A stretch of DNA of 64,000 nucleotides, taken from positions 64,446 to 128,445 of the forward strand of contig JABHAL010000004.1 of NCBI GenBank assembly GCA_018674305.1, read 5' to 3'. The notes beneath the pieces are model-generated. The model saw only the letters and a program-made list of their open reading frames with translations, was not told the DNA's origin and made no database searches. A program made the position numbers and the translations under genes. Positions 37,538 through 51,400 of the stretch are shown here, in pieces. The stretch comes from Candidatus Falkowbacteria bacterium (GTDB lineage: Bacteria; Patescibacteriota; Patescibacteriia; UBA11705; JABHMO01). Every line of letters begins with the position of its first letter. Position 1 is the stretch's first letter.

Positions 37538-39325
37538 ATGGAAATCAGAAATATTGCAATTATTGCTCACGTGGATCATGGTAAAACAACTTTAACTGAT
37601 GCCTTAATGAAGCAAACAGGAACTTGTGAAGAAGGACAAAGCATGGACAGTGATAAGTTGGAACAGGAAAGAGGAATTACTATTTATTCTAAAAACACTT
37701 CCGTTCTCTATAAAGACACAAAAATCAACATCGTGGACACTCCTGGTCATGCTGATTTTGGTTCAGAAGTTGAACGAGTTTTGCGTTCAATCGATTCTGT
37801 ATTGCTAGTAGTTGACGCACAAGAAGGACCAATGCCTCAAACAAGGTTTGTTTTGAAAAAATCACTAGAACTTGGTTTAAAACCAATTGTTGTTATTAAT
37901 AAGATAGATAAACCGGCAGCTCGAGTGGAAGAAGTTGAAGAAATGGTTTATGAACTTTTTCTTAATTTAGATGCTAATGATGAACAATTAAATTTTCCTA
38001 CTATCTATGCCAATGCCAAACAGGGTGTGGCTATGAATAAAATGACTGAAAAAGGTAAAGACTTAATGCCAATCTTAGATGTTATTTTAGAATATGTTAA
38101 CCCAGCATCTTCTCCTGAAAAAGAAACACAACAATTACTTCTTCAACCTTTTAATTTGGCTTATGATAATTTCCTTGGCAGATTAGCCGTTGGTAGAATT
38201 TATGAAGGTAAAATTTCAAAAAGCCAAACAGTCACAATCTTAAATCCTAGCGGTAAAAACAGAACCGGTAAAATATCAAAACTATTTACTTTTCACGGGA
38301 TTGAAAGAAAAGAAGTTTCAGAAGCTACAGCTGGAGAAATCGTTATGATCGCTGGATTACCAGATATATTTATTGGAGAAACAATCTGTGAAGATGAAAA
38401 GCAAGAAGCACTACCAGACATAAAAATTGATGAGCCAACTATTTCACTTAACTTTTTTGTAAATGATTCACCAGTTGCTGGACAGGAAGGCAAACATGTC
38501 ACCAACAGTAAATTAAAAGAAAGACTGGAAAAAGAATTAGAGGTAAACGTTGGTTTGAAAATTGATTTTTCTGAAACGACTTTTTATAAAGTTCTTGGAC
38601 GTGGCGAATTGCACATTGCTATACTTTTAGAAAACATGCGCAGAGAAAACTACGAATTGCAAGTTTCCCAACCGATGGTAATTATCAAAGAGGTTTATGG
38701 CGAGAAACAAGAACCATTCGAAGAAGTAACTATCGATGTTCCTGACGAAATGTCTGGCTCTATTATTGAAAAAATGTCAAAGAGAAAAGGTTTGCTAGCC
38801 AATATGACTTCTAAAAATGGACGAACTAGATTGATTTTTGAAATCCCGGTCAGAGGATTACTCGGTTATCGAACTGACTTCATTGTTGATACTAGAGGCG
38901 AAGGTATTTTCTGTAGTAGAATGATTGGTTTCAAAAAACATACTGGTGCAATTGAAAAAGCTGATACTGGCTCTATGATCTCCATGGCCACAGGAAAAGC
39001 TTTGGGATTCTCTTTGTTTAATCTTCAAAATCGTGGGACTTTATATATTGGAGCAAATACTGATGTTTACGAAGGCATGGTTATTGGTAATGTCGCCAAG
39101 GGTAATGACATGGAAGTAAACCCTATCAAAGGTAAACAATTAACAAACATGCGATCCTCAGGTGCTGATGAAGCTATTAATTTAACTCCACCAGTAGAAA
39201 TCACAATCGAAAGAGGCTTTGGTATAATGAAAGATGATGAATATTTAGAAGTAACTCCCAAAAATATCAGACTTAGAAAAAAACACTTAACCAAGACTGA
39301 TCGAAATAAACATCTCGTAAAATAA
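37538..39325 (+). CDS. typA: Translational GTPase TypA/BipA
   Basis: G1 AHVDHGKTTL, DTPGHADF and NKIDK. 595 aa, with EF-G-like domain order but no domain IV. Confidence 0.9.
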   Translation: MEIRNIAIIAHVDHGKTTLTDALMKQTGTCEEGQSMDSDKLEQERGITIYSKNTSVLYKDTKINIVDTPGHADFGSEVERVLRSIDSVLLVVDAQEGPMPQTRFVLKKSLELGLKPIVVINKIDKPAARVEEVEEMVYELFLNLDANDEQLNFPTIYANAKQGVAMNKMTEKGKDLMPILDVILEYVNPASSPEKETQQLLLQPFNLAYDNFLGRLAVGRIYEGKISKSQTVTILNPSGKNRTGKISKLFTFHGIERKEVSEATAGEIVMIAGLPDIFIGETICEDEKQEALPDIKIDEPTISLNFFVNDSPVAGQEGKHVTNSKLKERLEKELEVNVGLKIDFSETTFYKVLGRGELHIAILLENMRRENYELQVSQPMVIIKEVYGEKQEPFEEVTIDVPDEMSGSIIEKMSKRKGLLANMTSKNGRTRLIFEIPVRGLLGYRTDFIVDTRGEGIFCSRMIGFKKHTGAIEKADTGSMISMATGKALGFSLFNLQNRGTLYIGANTDVYEGMVIGNVAKGNDMEVNPIKGKQLTNMRSSGADEAINLTPPVEITIERGFGIMKDDEYLEVTPKNIRLRKKHLTKTDRNKHLVK

Positions 39326-39340
39326 TACTTTTCTTTAAAT

Positions 39341-39372
39341 AAAAAAACATCGCCTATTGCGATGTTTTTTTA
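39341..39372 (+). terminator. Terminator after typA
   Basis: aaaaaaacatcgc-ctatt-gcgatgttttttt. Confidence 0.7.
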
Positions 39373-39459
39373 TTAACACAAGACATCCACTCAAAAACTG
39401 GAAAAACTCAATAAAATAACGTATAATATATATGAAAAATACATAATGATTTCCCAAAT

Positions 39460-42400
39460 ATGAAAAAATATTTTATATTACTTTTTGTAATAGTCGGCTT
39501 TTGTTTTACAGCTGTATCTGCAAGCGCTGCCACTATATACTCCAACAGTTCAACTGGAAACGACACCACAGGTGACGGTACTTCGGGTACTCCATATAAA
39601 ACATTTCATAAAGCATATACTTCAGCTTCAACTGATGATACTCTTGATTTGACCGGTACTTTTAATTGGGCAGATGGTGACGAATCTGGTGACGCATCTT
39701 ATTCAGGTTATACAATTGGGAAAAATATAATTATTCAAGGACAAGGTTCAGATCAAACAATTATTCAAGCTGCTTCAACCGCGCTATCTTCCGGCAAAAG
39801 AGTTTTCACAATTTCAGCCGGTTATTCATTAACTATCCTTGATGCCAATATTAGATACGGTTATCCAACCTCCTATAACTCTGGAGGTTGTATTTTAGTT
39901 AATTCAACTGCCACTCTAACCATAAATCGATCAGAGGTTAATAACTGTAAAGCCCAAACCGGATATGGTGGTGGTATTTATGCTTCCGGTAATACTACTA
40001 TTATTGATTCTGCAATTCATTCGAATGGCGTTTATTATGATGGAGCAGGAATTGTAATTACAGGTGGTGCAAATCTGATTTTAACTAATTCAACCGTCTA
40101 CAACAATGTTGGTTCTGGTAACGCAAACTATAATGGTGGAGGAATCTTGGTCGGAGCAAATGACAATACCACGGCCACAGCAACAATTACCAACTCAACA
40201 ATCACAGATAACTATGCTCGTTATGGAGGTGGCGGTATCTATCTTTCTGGAAATGCCGATCTACGTCTCTATATAAAAAACAGTATCGTAGCCCAAAACG
40301 ACTCCAACAATGGAGGAAACTACAACAACATCTTCAAAGAAACAGCCGCCGTCATTACCAGCAACGGTTACAACATTATCGGAGGATCAAACAGTTATAC
40401 CGCAGCCGCGGGCGACTGGACCGACCAAGGCAACGACGGAACATTTGAACTATATTCAGTAGGTACAACAGGCTCACTAAATTTAGACGCCACACCTTCA
40501 TACAATGACAGTTCACGAAAAACATATACTTACGGAATTTTATCCGGTAGCGTTGCCATTAACAATTCAAATGCTACAGCCAACAACGGAGTTAGCATCC
40601 CTTCAACCGACCAAAGAAATGCCACCCGAGCAGGCGCTGCAGACATCGGTGCATTTGAATACAACGGTACAGGTCTAACAGTTATCGAACCATCAACTCA
40701 AACAACCGATATATCATTCACCCTAGTCGACAACGAACAATTAGCTCTCAGCTGGACAAATGGAAATGGTGACAAAAGAGTCATCTTTGCAAAACAAGCT
40801 AGTTCAGGAACAGCCAGCCCAGTTGACGGTACTTCATATTCAGCCAATTCTGTTCTTGGTAGCGGAGATCAAATCGGCGAAACAGGTTGGTACACCATAT
40901 ACAACGGGGTCGGAACCTCTGTCACTTTGACAGGACTAACAGATTCAACTTCCTATATTTTTCAAGCATTTGAACACAACGGCATAACCGATGGTACAGT
41001 TAACTATTTCACAGATTCGGCTTCAAACAATCCAAAAGTCCAGGCCACCCATACTCCGACAACAATTTATGTCAATTATTCCACTGGAAACGACAGCACC
41101 GGTGACGGATCATCAGGAACCCCTTACAAAACTTTTTACAAAGCATATACCATGTCTTCCGGTGGAGATACCTTGGATTTGACCGGAACCTTTGATTGGT
41201 CAAACGCCGACGAAACTGGTGACGCATCTTCTTCAGGCTATACAATTGGAAAAGATATAATTATTCAAGGACAAGGTGCAGATCAAACAATTATTCAAGC
41301 TGCTTCGACTGCGCTATCTTCCGGTAAAAGAGTTTTTACAATTTCAGCCGGTTATTCATTAACTATTCTTGATGCTAATATAAGATATGGTTATCCAACC
41401 TCATATAGTTCTGGTGGTTGTATTTTGGTTAGTTCAACATCAACCTTAACCATGAACCGATCAGAAGTTAACAACTGTAAAGCCCAAACTGGATATGGTG
41501 GAGGTATTTATGCTGCAGGAGATACGACTATCACTGACTCCTCTATTTATTCAAATAGTGTTTATTACGATGGAGCTGGAATTGTTATTACTGGTGGTGC
41601 AAATCTAATCCTGACGAATTCAACTGTTTACGATAATATCGGAGCTAGTTATCCAAGTTATAATGGTGGTGGAATTTTAATTGGCCAAAATGATAACGCA
41701 ACAGCAACAGCTACAATCACCAATTGTACAATTACCGGCAACTATACACCCTATGGAGGTGGTGGGATTTATCTTTCTGGTAATGCTGGACTTGTTTTGA
41801 ATTTAAAAAATAGTATTGTAGCTGGCAATAGCTCCAATAACGGAGGTCAATATAATAATATTTTTAAGGAAACTGCAGCAACAATTACAAGTAATGGATA
41901 TAATGTTGTTGGAGCTTCTAAATATTTCACCCCCACTACAGGAGATTGGGGAGATCAAGACAATAATGGAACTTATGACTTATATTCAGTAGGCACAACA
42001 GGCTCACTAAATTTAGACTCCACACCTTCATACAATGATAGTTCACGAAAAACATATACTTACGGGATTTTATCCGGTAGCGTTGCCATCAACAATTCAA
42101 ATGCTACCGCCAACAACGGAGTTGGAATCCCCTCAACTGACCAGAGAAATGCCACCCGAGCAGGCGCTGCAGACATCGGTGCATTTGAATACAACGGTAC
42201 AGGTCTAACAGTCATCGAACCATCAACTCAAACAACAGAGATATCATTCACCCTAGTCGACAACGAACAACTAGCTCTCAGCTGGACAAATGGAAATGGT
42301 GACAAGAGAGTCGTCTTTGCCAAGCAAGCTAGCTCAGGAACAGCCAGTCCTGTTGACGGTACTTCATATTCAGCCAATTCTATTCTTGGTAGCGGAGATC

Positions 42401-45400
42401 AAATCGGTGAAACTGGCTGGTACGCTATATACAATGGGGTCGGAACCTCTGTCACTATGACAGGACTAACAGATTCCACTTCCTATATTTTCCAAGCATT
42501 TGAACACAACGGAGTAACCGATGGTACTGTTAACTATTTCACAGATTCGGCTTCAAACAATCCAAAAGTTCAGGCCACCCACACCCCGATAACAATTTAT
42601 GTCAATTATTCCACTGGAAACGACAGCACCGGTGACGGTACTTCTGGTACTCCATATAAAACTTTTCACAAAGCATATACTATGTCTTCCGGTGGAGATA
42701 CCTTGGATTTAACCGGAACCTTTGACTGGTCAAACGCCGACGAAACTGGCGATGTTACCACTTCAGGCTACGTAATTGACAAAGACCTAATCCTCCAAGG
42801 CCAATCAGCCTCAACAACATTCATACAAGCCGCTTCCTCTGCAGAAACAGCCGGCAAAAAGGTTTTTTCAGTTTCCGGTAGTTACGACCTCACAATACAA
42901 GATCTCAACATTAGATATGGCTACCCAACAACATACACTTCAGGCGGTTGTATTAATGTCGGTGGAACAGCGACTTTGACAATGAACCGCTCAGAAGTAA
43001 ATAACTGCAAAGCCTATCGTGGCTACGGAGGGGGAATTTACGCTTCAGGAGACACCACCATCACCAATTCTTCGATTTATTCCAATGGCGTCTATTACGA
43101 CGGAGCTGGAATTGTAATTACCTCCGGAGCAGATCTCATCATGACCAACTCCACCGTCTATAACAACATCGGTCCAGGTTACCCTAGCTACAACGGCGGA
43201 GGAATATTGGTCGGAGCAAATGATAATACCACAGCCACAGCAACAATCACCAATTGTACAATTACCGGCAATTATACTCCCTATGGAGGTGGTGGGATTT
43301 ATGTTTCTGGTAATGCAGGCCTTGTCCTTAATCTTAAAAATACTATTGTAGCTGGCAATACATCAAACAATGGCGGACAATACAATAATGTTTTCAAAGA
43401 AACTGCCGCGACTATCACCAGTAACGGATACAACATAGTCGGAGCTTCAAAATACTACACCGCAGCCACCGGTGACTGGACTGACCAAGACAACAACGGC
43501 ACCTACGATTTGTACTCAATAGGAACAACCGGATCATTAAATCTGGACAGCTCATCAGCAAACAATGACAATACCTATGGCACACTAACCTACGGAATAC
43601 AAAGCAGTAGTATCGCCATCAATAATGCCAATGCTACGGCTAACAATGGAGTTAGTATTCCATCAACCGATCAAAGAGGAGCTGGCCGAAACAGTACCGC
43701 CGACATTGGAGCTTTTGAATACGACGGCGACTATACCATCACCCAGCCGACAACCCAAGCCTCTTCCATCAGCTTCTCATCAGTTAACTTCACCCAAATA
43801 GACCTCAGCTGGACAGCAGGCAACGGATCAAAAAACATTGTCTTCGTAAAACAAGCAAATACCGGCACGGCCTCCCCTGTCGACGAATCAAACTACACTG
43901 CCAATGCGGCCTTTGGTAGCGGTTCCCAAATAAGCTCCACCGGTTGGTATGCTGTATACGACGGTACTGGAACAAGCGTAACCCTAACCGGACTATCTGC
44001 CGGAACCGATTATATTGCCCAAGTATTCACCTACAACGGCATCACCTCAGGTGGAGAAAACTATTTTACAGACACCGCCACCAATAATCCCAATACTCAA
44101 GCAACAGCAGAAGTAACAGAACCAACAACCCAAGCTACAAATATCACTTTTTCTTCAATAGCCTACACCCAGATGACCATCGGTTGGAGCAACGGTGATG
44201 GCACAAAAAGAGTCGTTTTCGTAAAACAAGCCAACACCGGAACAGCTACTCCAGTAGATGACACTGTCTACACCGCCAACACCACTTTTGGCAGCGGAAC
44301 CCAAATTAGCTCCACAGGCTGGTACGCAGTCTACAACAACACCGGCACAAGCGTAACTATTACCGGACTGACTGCAGGCACAGACTACATAGCTCAAGTT
44401 TTCGAATACGACAGCTTCGAATCAACCTATGATTATTTTACCGAGACAGCATCAAACAACCCCAAATCTTCCGCCAGCACTTCAGTAACAACACCCAGCA
44501 CTCAAACCACAAACATTAGCTTCTCTTCAGTCGGATATACTCAAACAGACATTTCATGGTCAAATGGTAACGGAGACGCAAGAATTGTTTTTCTAAAAGA
44601 AGCCAGTACAGGAACAGCTTCCCCAGTAGACGACACCACCTATTCAGCCAATGCAGCATTTGAAAGCGGAACTCAAATAGGATCAACTGGATGGTACACA
44701 GTCTACTCCGGCACAGGAACAAGTGTCACAGTTACAGGTTTATCAACCGGAACAACATACATTGCCCAAGTTTTTGAATACAATACCAGTGGAGCACTCT
44801 CCAAATACTTCACCGATAGCGCTTCAAACAACCCAAAAACTCAAGCAACCAATTCAGTAACAGAACCGACCACCCAATCTAGCAATGTCAGCTTTTCTTC
44901 TGTTACCGGGACTGGATTCACCACTTCCTGGACCAACGGTAACGGTGACGCCAGAGCCGTATTTATAAAACAAGCATCATCAGGCACAGCCGAACCGGTC
45001 GACGACACCACTTATACCGCCAACACAGCCTTTAGTTCAGGTACCCAAATAGGTTCTACCGGTTGGTACTGCGTTTACAATGGAACAAGTACCAACGTAT
45101 CTATTACCGGACTTTCCAGTTCCGCCACTTATCAAGTGCAAGTTTTCGAATACAACGGCGATGCCGGCATTGAAAACTATTTAACCGATTCAGCCTCAAA
45201 CAATCCCAAAAGTCAAGCCACAGCTTCTGAAGTTCAAATTGGCGAAGGAACAGGTTCTCAAAACTATTTACCTTGGGCTAATTATTATCGCTATTCATAC
45301 TCTCAAATGATCTACACCAGCTCTGATATTGGTTCCAACGGATCTATCGATACGATAAAGTTTAAATACAACGGCAACAACACTTATACCTGGAATAACA

Positions 45401-48400
45401 TGGTTGTCTATATGGGCCATACCGACAAAGCTACTTTTTCTTCTGGCAGCGATTGGGTCGCAGTAGGAGATTTGACCCAAGTATATTCTGGTTCAGTATC
45501 CGTAACAGCTGGAGCTTCAGCATGGGATACTATTACACTCGATAGCGAATTTGAATACAACGGATCAGACAATCTAATAATTGCCATCGACAACAATCAC
45601 GGAAGCTACACATCCTCAAGTAGCAAATGGTACTATACTAGCGCTAGTAATACTTTTATTTATAGACAAAGTGATTCAGTCAATTATAGCCCATCCAGCC
45701 CGGGTACTGGTACTCTGAATTCATACCGTCCAAATATAATTCTAAATCTAAATCCTTTAACTCACTCTCTTTCATATTCAGCCGGAGACAACGGCTCAAT
45801 TTCCGGTACAACTTCTCAAACCATTGAAGAAGGCTCAAACGGTACAGCTGTCACCGCAGTCCCAAGCACTGGATACCAATTCGTCAGCTGGAGTGATGGG
45901 TCTACAGCAAACCCAAGAACAGACCTTGACGTCTCTGAAGACGTCACAGTAAGTGCCTCATTTGCCACTCGAGTCTACACTCTAACCTACTCCGCAGGAG
46001 TAAACGGATCCTTGACAGGAGTCACTCCTCAAAACGTCGCCCACAATGGAACAGCCCTCACTGTGACCGCCGTAGCCAACTCTGGATATGTCTTTTCTAC
46101 ATGGTCAGATGGTATCCTTACCGCCGCTAGAACAGATTCCAGTGTAATCGCCGACGCCACTCTAACAGCAACCTTCATCGAATCAACGCCCTACATCTAC
46201 GTCAACAGCTCCACCGGAAACGACAATGTCGGCAATGGAACCTCCGGCAATCCATACAAAACTTTTCACAAAGCCTACACCCAAGCTGAAAATGATTATG
46301 TTATCGATCTAACCGGTACTTTCGACTGGACCAATGCAGCTGAAACTGGCGATGCCAAATACACAGGATATTCCATAGCCAAAGACTTAACCATCCGCGG
46401 ACAAGGCTCAGATGCAACTATCATTCAAGCCGCTTCTGCAGATAATATCGCCGACAGAAGAATTTTTACAATTGCTGCTAACACTACAGTTACTATTCAA
46501 GATCTTGCTATAAGATACGGAAAAATTGATGACAGAACAGGAACAGCATTAAATAATGAAGGCGGTGGTATTTTAAATTTAGGAACAGTCACGGTCAATG
46601 ATTGTGAAATATATAACAACCGAGTGCCAACCGGTTATGGTGGTGGTGGACTATCAAATCGTCATTTAATGACCATCAATGATAGTGCAATCTATAATAA
46701 TATTGCTTACTACATGGGTGGTGGTGTTTTAAATAGTTATACCGTTTCTGCTAGTGGTTATTTAACTATTACTAATTCAACTATTTATTCGAATCAAGTT
46801 ACGCAAGTCATAGCTTATACAGAAGGAGGTGGTGTTCATTTTCGAAAAGGAAACGGAACTATTACAAATACTACAGTAACTAAAAATACTGCTTGTGGAG
46901 TTGCAGGTGTGGGAATGGATGATGCCAATGGCACTGTAAAACTAAAAAATAATATTTTCGCAGGAAATCTGCAAAAAGTTCATTCATATTGCAGTAATGG
47001 CGCCTACCCTAAAGGCTTTGATTTTAGACAAAGTGGCTACGGCAACGTTGTTGATGGTGGAAATAATATTATTGGTGGTTATGCTCAGAATTACAATTTT
47101 ACAGTCAGCACTGATTGGACTGACACTGATCGAGATGGAACTTTTACTAAATATGGGACAGAGACAACTGGCACAATTAATTTCGCTGATGCAGCGGCCT
47201 TGAATTCTAGCCCTAATAAAACAAAAACCTTCGCCGTAACAGAATCAAGTATTGCTATTAATAACGGATCAACTGGAACAAATGGAAATGTTACTGTCTC
47301 AACAATCGACCAAAGAGGTGCAGCTAGAAGCGGAACGGTAGATATTGGTGCGTATGAATATGGTGGTCAATTCCTTAATACTTATACTTTGACTTATTTA
47401 TCAGGACTCGGTGGATATATTTCTGGTACTGCTCTGCAAGAAAATGTTCCTGAAGATGCCAACGGAACAGCCGTCACTCCAACTCCAAATACGGGGTATG
47501 AATTCGTGGATTGGAGCGATGAAGCAACTGACAATCCAAGAACTGATTCCAGTGTTTCTGCTAATGTTTCTGTAACTGCTAATTTTCAAGTCATCACTTA
47601 TGACCTCAGCTACTCAGCTGGAGCAAATGGTTCTTTGACAGGAACAACGTCACAAACTGTTAATTATGGCTCAAATGGTACAGCTGTTACCGCAGTTCCA
47701 GCTGATGGATATAATTTTATTGGTTGGAGTGATGGAGTAGTCACCAATCCTCGCACAGATAGTGGTGTCACTGCTGACGCTACAGTAACGGCCAGCTTTG
47801 CTTCAAATTCTTATAATCTTATTTATACTGCCGGTGCAAACGGTTCTTTAACGGGCACTGCAACTCAGTTAGTTACCTCTGGCGCAGATGGATCTGCTGT
47901 AACTGCCGTTCCTGCTACCGGATATGCCTTTGTAAATTGGAGTGACAGCTCAACAGCTAATCCACGAACTGATACCAGTGTAGGCTCCAATTTGTCAGTC
48001 ACTGCAAATTTTTCTACCGTAAACTACACTCTTACATATTCCGCCGGATCAAATGGTTCTTTGACAGGAACAGCATCGCAAACTGTTAGTTATGCGGCTG
48101 ACGGTACAGCTGTGACAGCCGTACCTAGCGCTGGCTACTCCTTTGTTAATTGGAGTGACGCTTCAACTGATAATCCACGAACTGATACCAGTATTTCAGG
48201 AGATGTTACTGTCACTGCAAATTTTTCAATGAATACTTTTACTTTAACGTATACGGTCGATTATAGAGGAACGCTTACCGGCAGCGCTTCGCAAACAATT
48301 AATTATGGGGAAAACGGCACAGCTATAACTGCGGTTGCTAATTCAGGGTTTACTTTTTTTAGATGGAGTGATGGGTCAACAAATAATCCAAGAACTGACA

Positions 48401-51400
48401 CTAATATAACGAGCAACAAAAGTGTTCGAGCTTATTTTATCTTAGCTGCCTTCACTTCAGCATATACTGCTGGAACTAATGGAACTCTCGTTGGGCAAAC
48501 AAGTCAATCTTCCTATTACGCAGGAAGCAATAGACCGGTTGTGGCTATTCCAAATGAAGGTTACACCTTTCTCAGCTGGAGTGATGGTGTAACAACCGAT
48601 AAGAGAACTGATCTTGGTCTTTCTGAGAATATTAATGTAACTGCAAATTTTGCGCTAAAAACATACAGCCTGGAATATACAGCTGGTGCCAATGGCTCTG
48701 TCACAGGGACAACGTCACAAACCATAAATTATGGAGATACTGGATCAGCAATAACTGCTGTACCAAATTCTAGATTTAGTTTTGTTAAATGGAGTGATGG
48801 ATCAATTACTAATCCGAGAACTGATACTGGTGAAAATATTAATGTTAATGCTGTTTTTGGTGTAGATAGATATGCTTTAACATATGTGGCAGGCTCGAAT
48901 GGCACCGTAACTGGAACAACTTCTCAAACACTTTCCGCCGGAGAAAATGGAACTGCTATTACCGCCACACCAAATTCTGGATATGCCTTTTCTAGCTGGA
49001 GTGACAGTTCAACTGACAACCCAAGGACAGATACAAATATTTCTTCCAGCATGTACCTGACTGCCAACTTTACAATTAATACTTTTACTCTTTCATATTC
49101 AGCTGGTGACAATGGCTCTCTGACCGGAACAACCTCACAATCTGTGAATTATTCCGCTGACAGTACCGCGGTAACTGCGGTTCCTGATAGCGGATATCAC
49201 TTTGTAAATTGGAGTGATGGAAGTGCACAAAATCCTAGAACTGATGTAAATGTTTCCGCAAACGTTTCTATATCTGCAACCTTTGCGGAAAACAGAGCAG
49301 CAACAACCATTTACGTTAATAATTCAACTGGAAATGACACAACTGGTGATGGCAGTTCTGATACTCCTTACAAAACATTTCACAAAGGATATATTATGTC
49401 TGCTACTGGCGATATTTTGGACTTGACCGGCACCTTCACTTGGACTGACGCTGCGGAAATTGGAGACTACTACAAACAAGGTTATGTGCTTACAAAAAAC
49501 TTGACCGTACAAGGGCAAGGTGCAGACACGACAATTATTCAGGCTGCCAGCCGAGACAACAGTGCCAATCGAAGAGTTTTTACTGTTGTTTCTGGAGCAA
49601 CTGTAACTTTTCAAAATTTAACTGTCAGATATGGTCGGGTTTTTGGCTATCAAAGTGATGGAGGTGGAATTAGAAATGATGGAATAACGACGATTGATGA
49701 TTGCGAGATCTACAATAATCGTTCAGCTTCAGATTCTGGTGGTGGTATTTCGAATAGACATACTTTAACTGTTACTAATAGTTCTATTTATAATAATGTT
49801 GCTTATTACATGGGAGGAGGAATTGTTAACAGTTTCTATGTTGATCCTTCTGGTTATTTAACAGTTACCAATTCAACAATTGCCTATAATCAACAAACTA
49901 CTGGAATTGCTTACACAGAAGGTGGTGGAATACATATCAGAAAAGGTAGTGCAACGATTACTAATTCAACAATTGCCTATAATACAGCTACAGGTGTTGC
50001 GGGCCTTGGCATAGATGACTCCGATGGAACGATAACAATTAAAAATACAATTATTGCCAATAATATTAAACGAAACAGTGATTATTATGTTGACTTTGGC
50101 TTCCGAGCCAGTGGTCAAGGCAATGTTGTTGATAATGGAAATAATATTGTTGGTGTTTCTCAGAACTATACATGGTCTGGAACTGGCGACTGGTCGGATG
50201 TCGATCGTGACGGTACATTTCTTTTGAATAACTCAATAACTACCGGCTCATTGAATTTAAATTCGTATTTGGCATTTAACGGCAACACCAATAAAACCAA
50301 AACTCTCTCCGTTTCAACCGGAAGTGTGGCTATTGATTACGGAACTACTGGCACTAACGGAGCAGTTAGTGTGCCGACAGCTGATCAAAGAGATTTCATA
50401 AGAGAGTCTACACCAGATATTGGATCGTTTGAATTCTTAAGTGCACCTGATGATACAACGGACCCTGTTATTTCCGACATTTCGTCCACGCCAACTTCAA
50501 CAACCGCTGTTATTACCTGGACAACTGATGAGGCAACCTCATCCCAAATTATTTATGATCCTAATCAAATCCGTTCAACGGCTTCTGATGTTTCAAATGT
50601 AGATACTGGGGTTACCAGCCATGAAATAACCTTATCTGATCTTGTTTCCTGTACAAAATATTATTATGTTGTCACCTCGACTGATTCATCTGGCAATACA
50701 GCCCTCAGCGCTGAAAATACTTTTATTACTACTGGTTGTGCGGGTAACGCTTCTGTAGGAACCATTAATGAAACAACCGCGATTCCCGAATATGGTGGTA
50801 CAATAAATCAATCAGGTGATGATTTTACTTTTGCAATGACCATTCCGGAAAGTTTTTCAGAGGATCCCGCAGATTTTCAAATTAAAAGTTTAGATTCGGC
50901 TACTGTTATATCTGCTCTTTCTTCTCCAACTAATTATAATAAAATCGGCGATAACATTTTCGATATAAAGGCCCTTGATACTCCTTCTTCAACTGTCAGT
51001 GAGTTTGATTCTGATGTTGAAATAACAATTACCTATGATGAAGAAGATATTGCTGGTCTCCAGGAAAGTACATTGAAACTTCATCGAAATGATGACGACG
51101 AATGGTTTGAATTAGCCGACTGTGTTGTTGATCCTGACGCCAACTCGGTTACTTGTTCTACAAATAACTTTTCCGTTGTTGGTCTTTTCGGTGAGGCAAT
51201 TGCCTATAACTTAACCTACATCGCAGGATCTAATGGTTCCATAACTGGAACAACTGAACAAACAATTGATACTGGAGAAAATGGAACTGAGGTTACAGCT
51301 GTACCTGAAAACGGTTACCAATTCTCAAGCTGGAGTGACGAATCTTTAGATAATCCAAGAACTGATTTAAGTGCAAGTGCTGATATAACAGTAACCGCAA

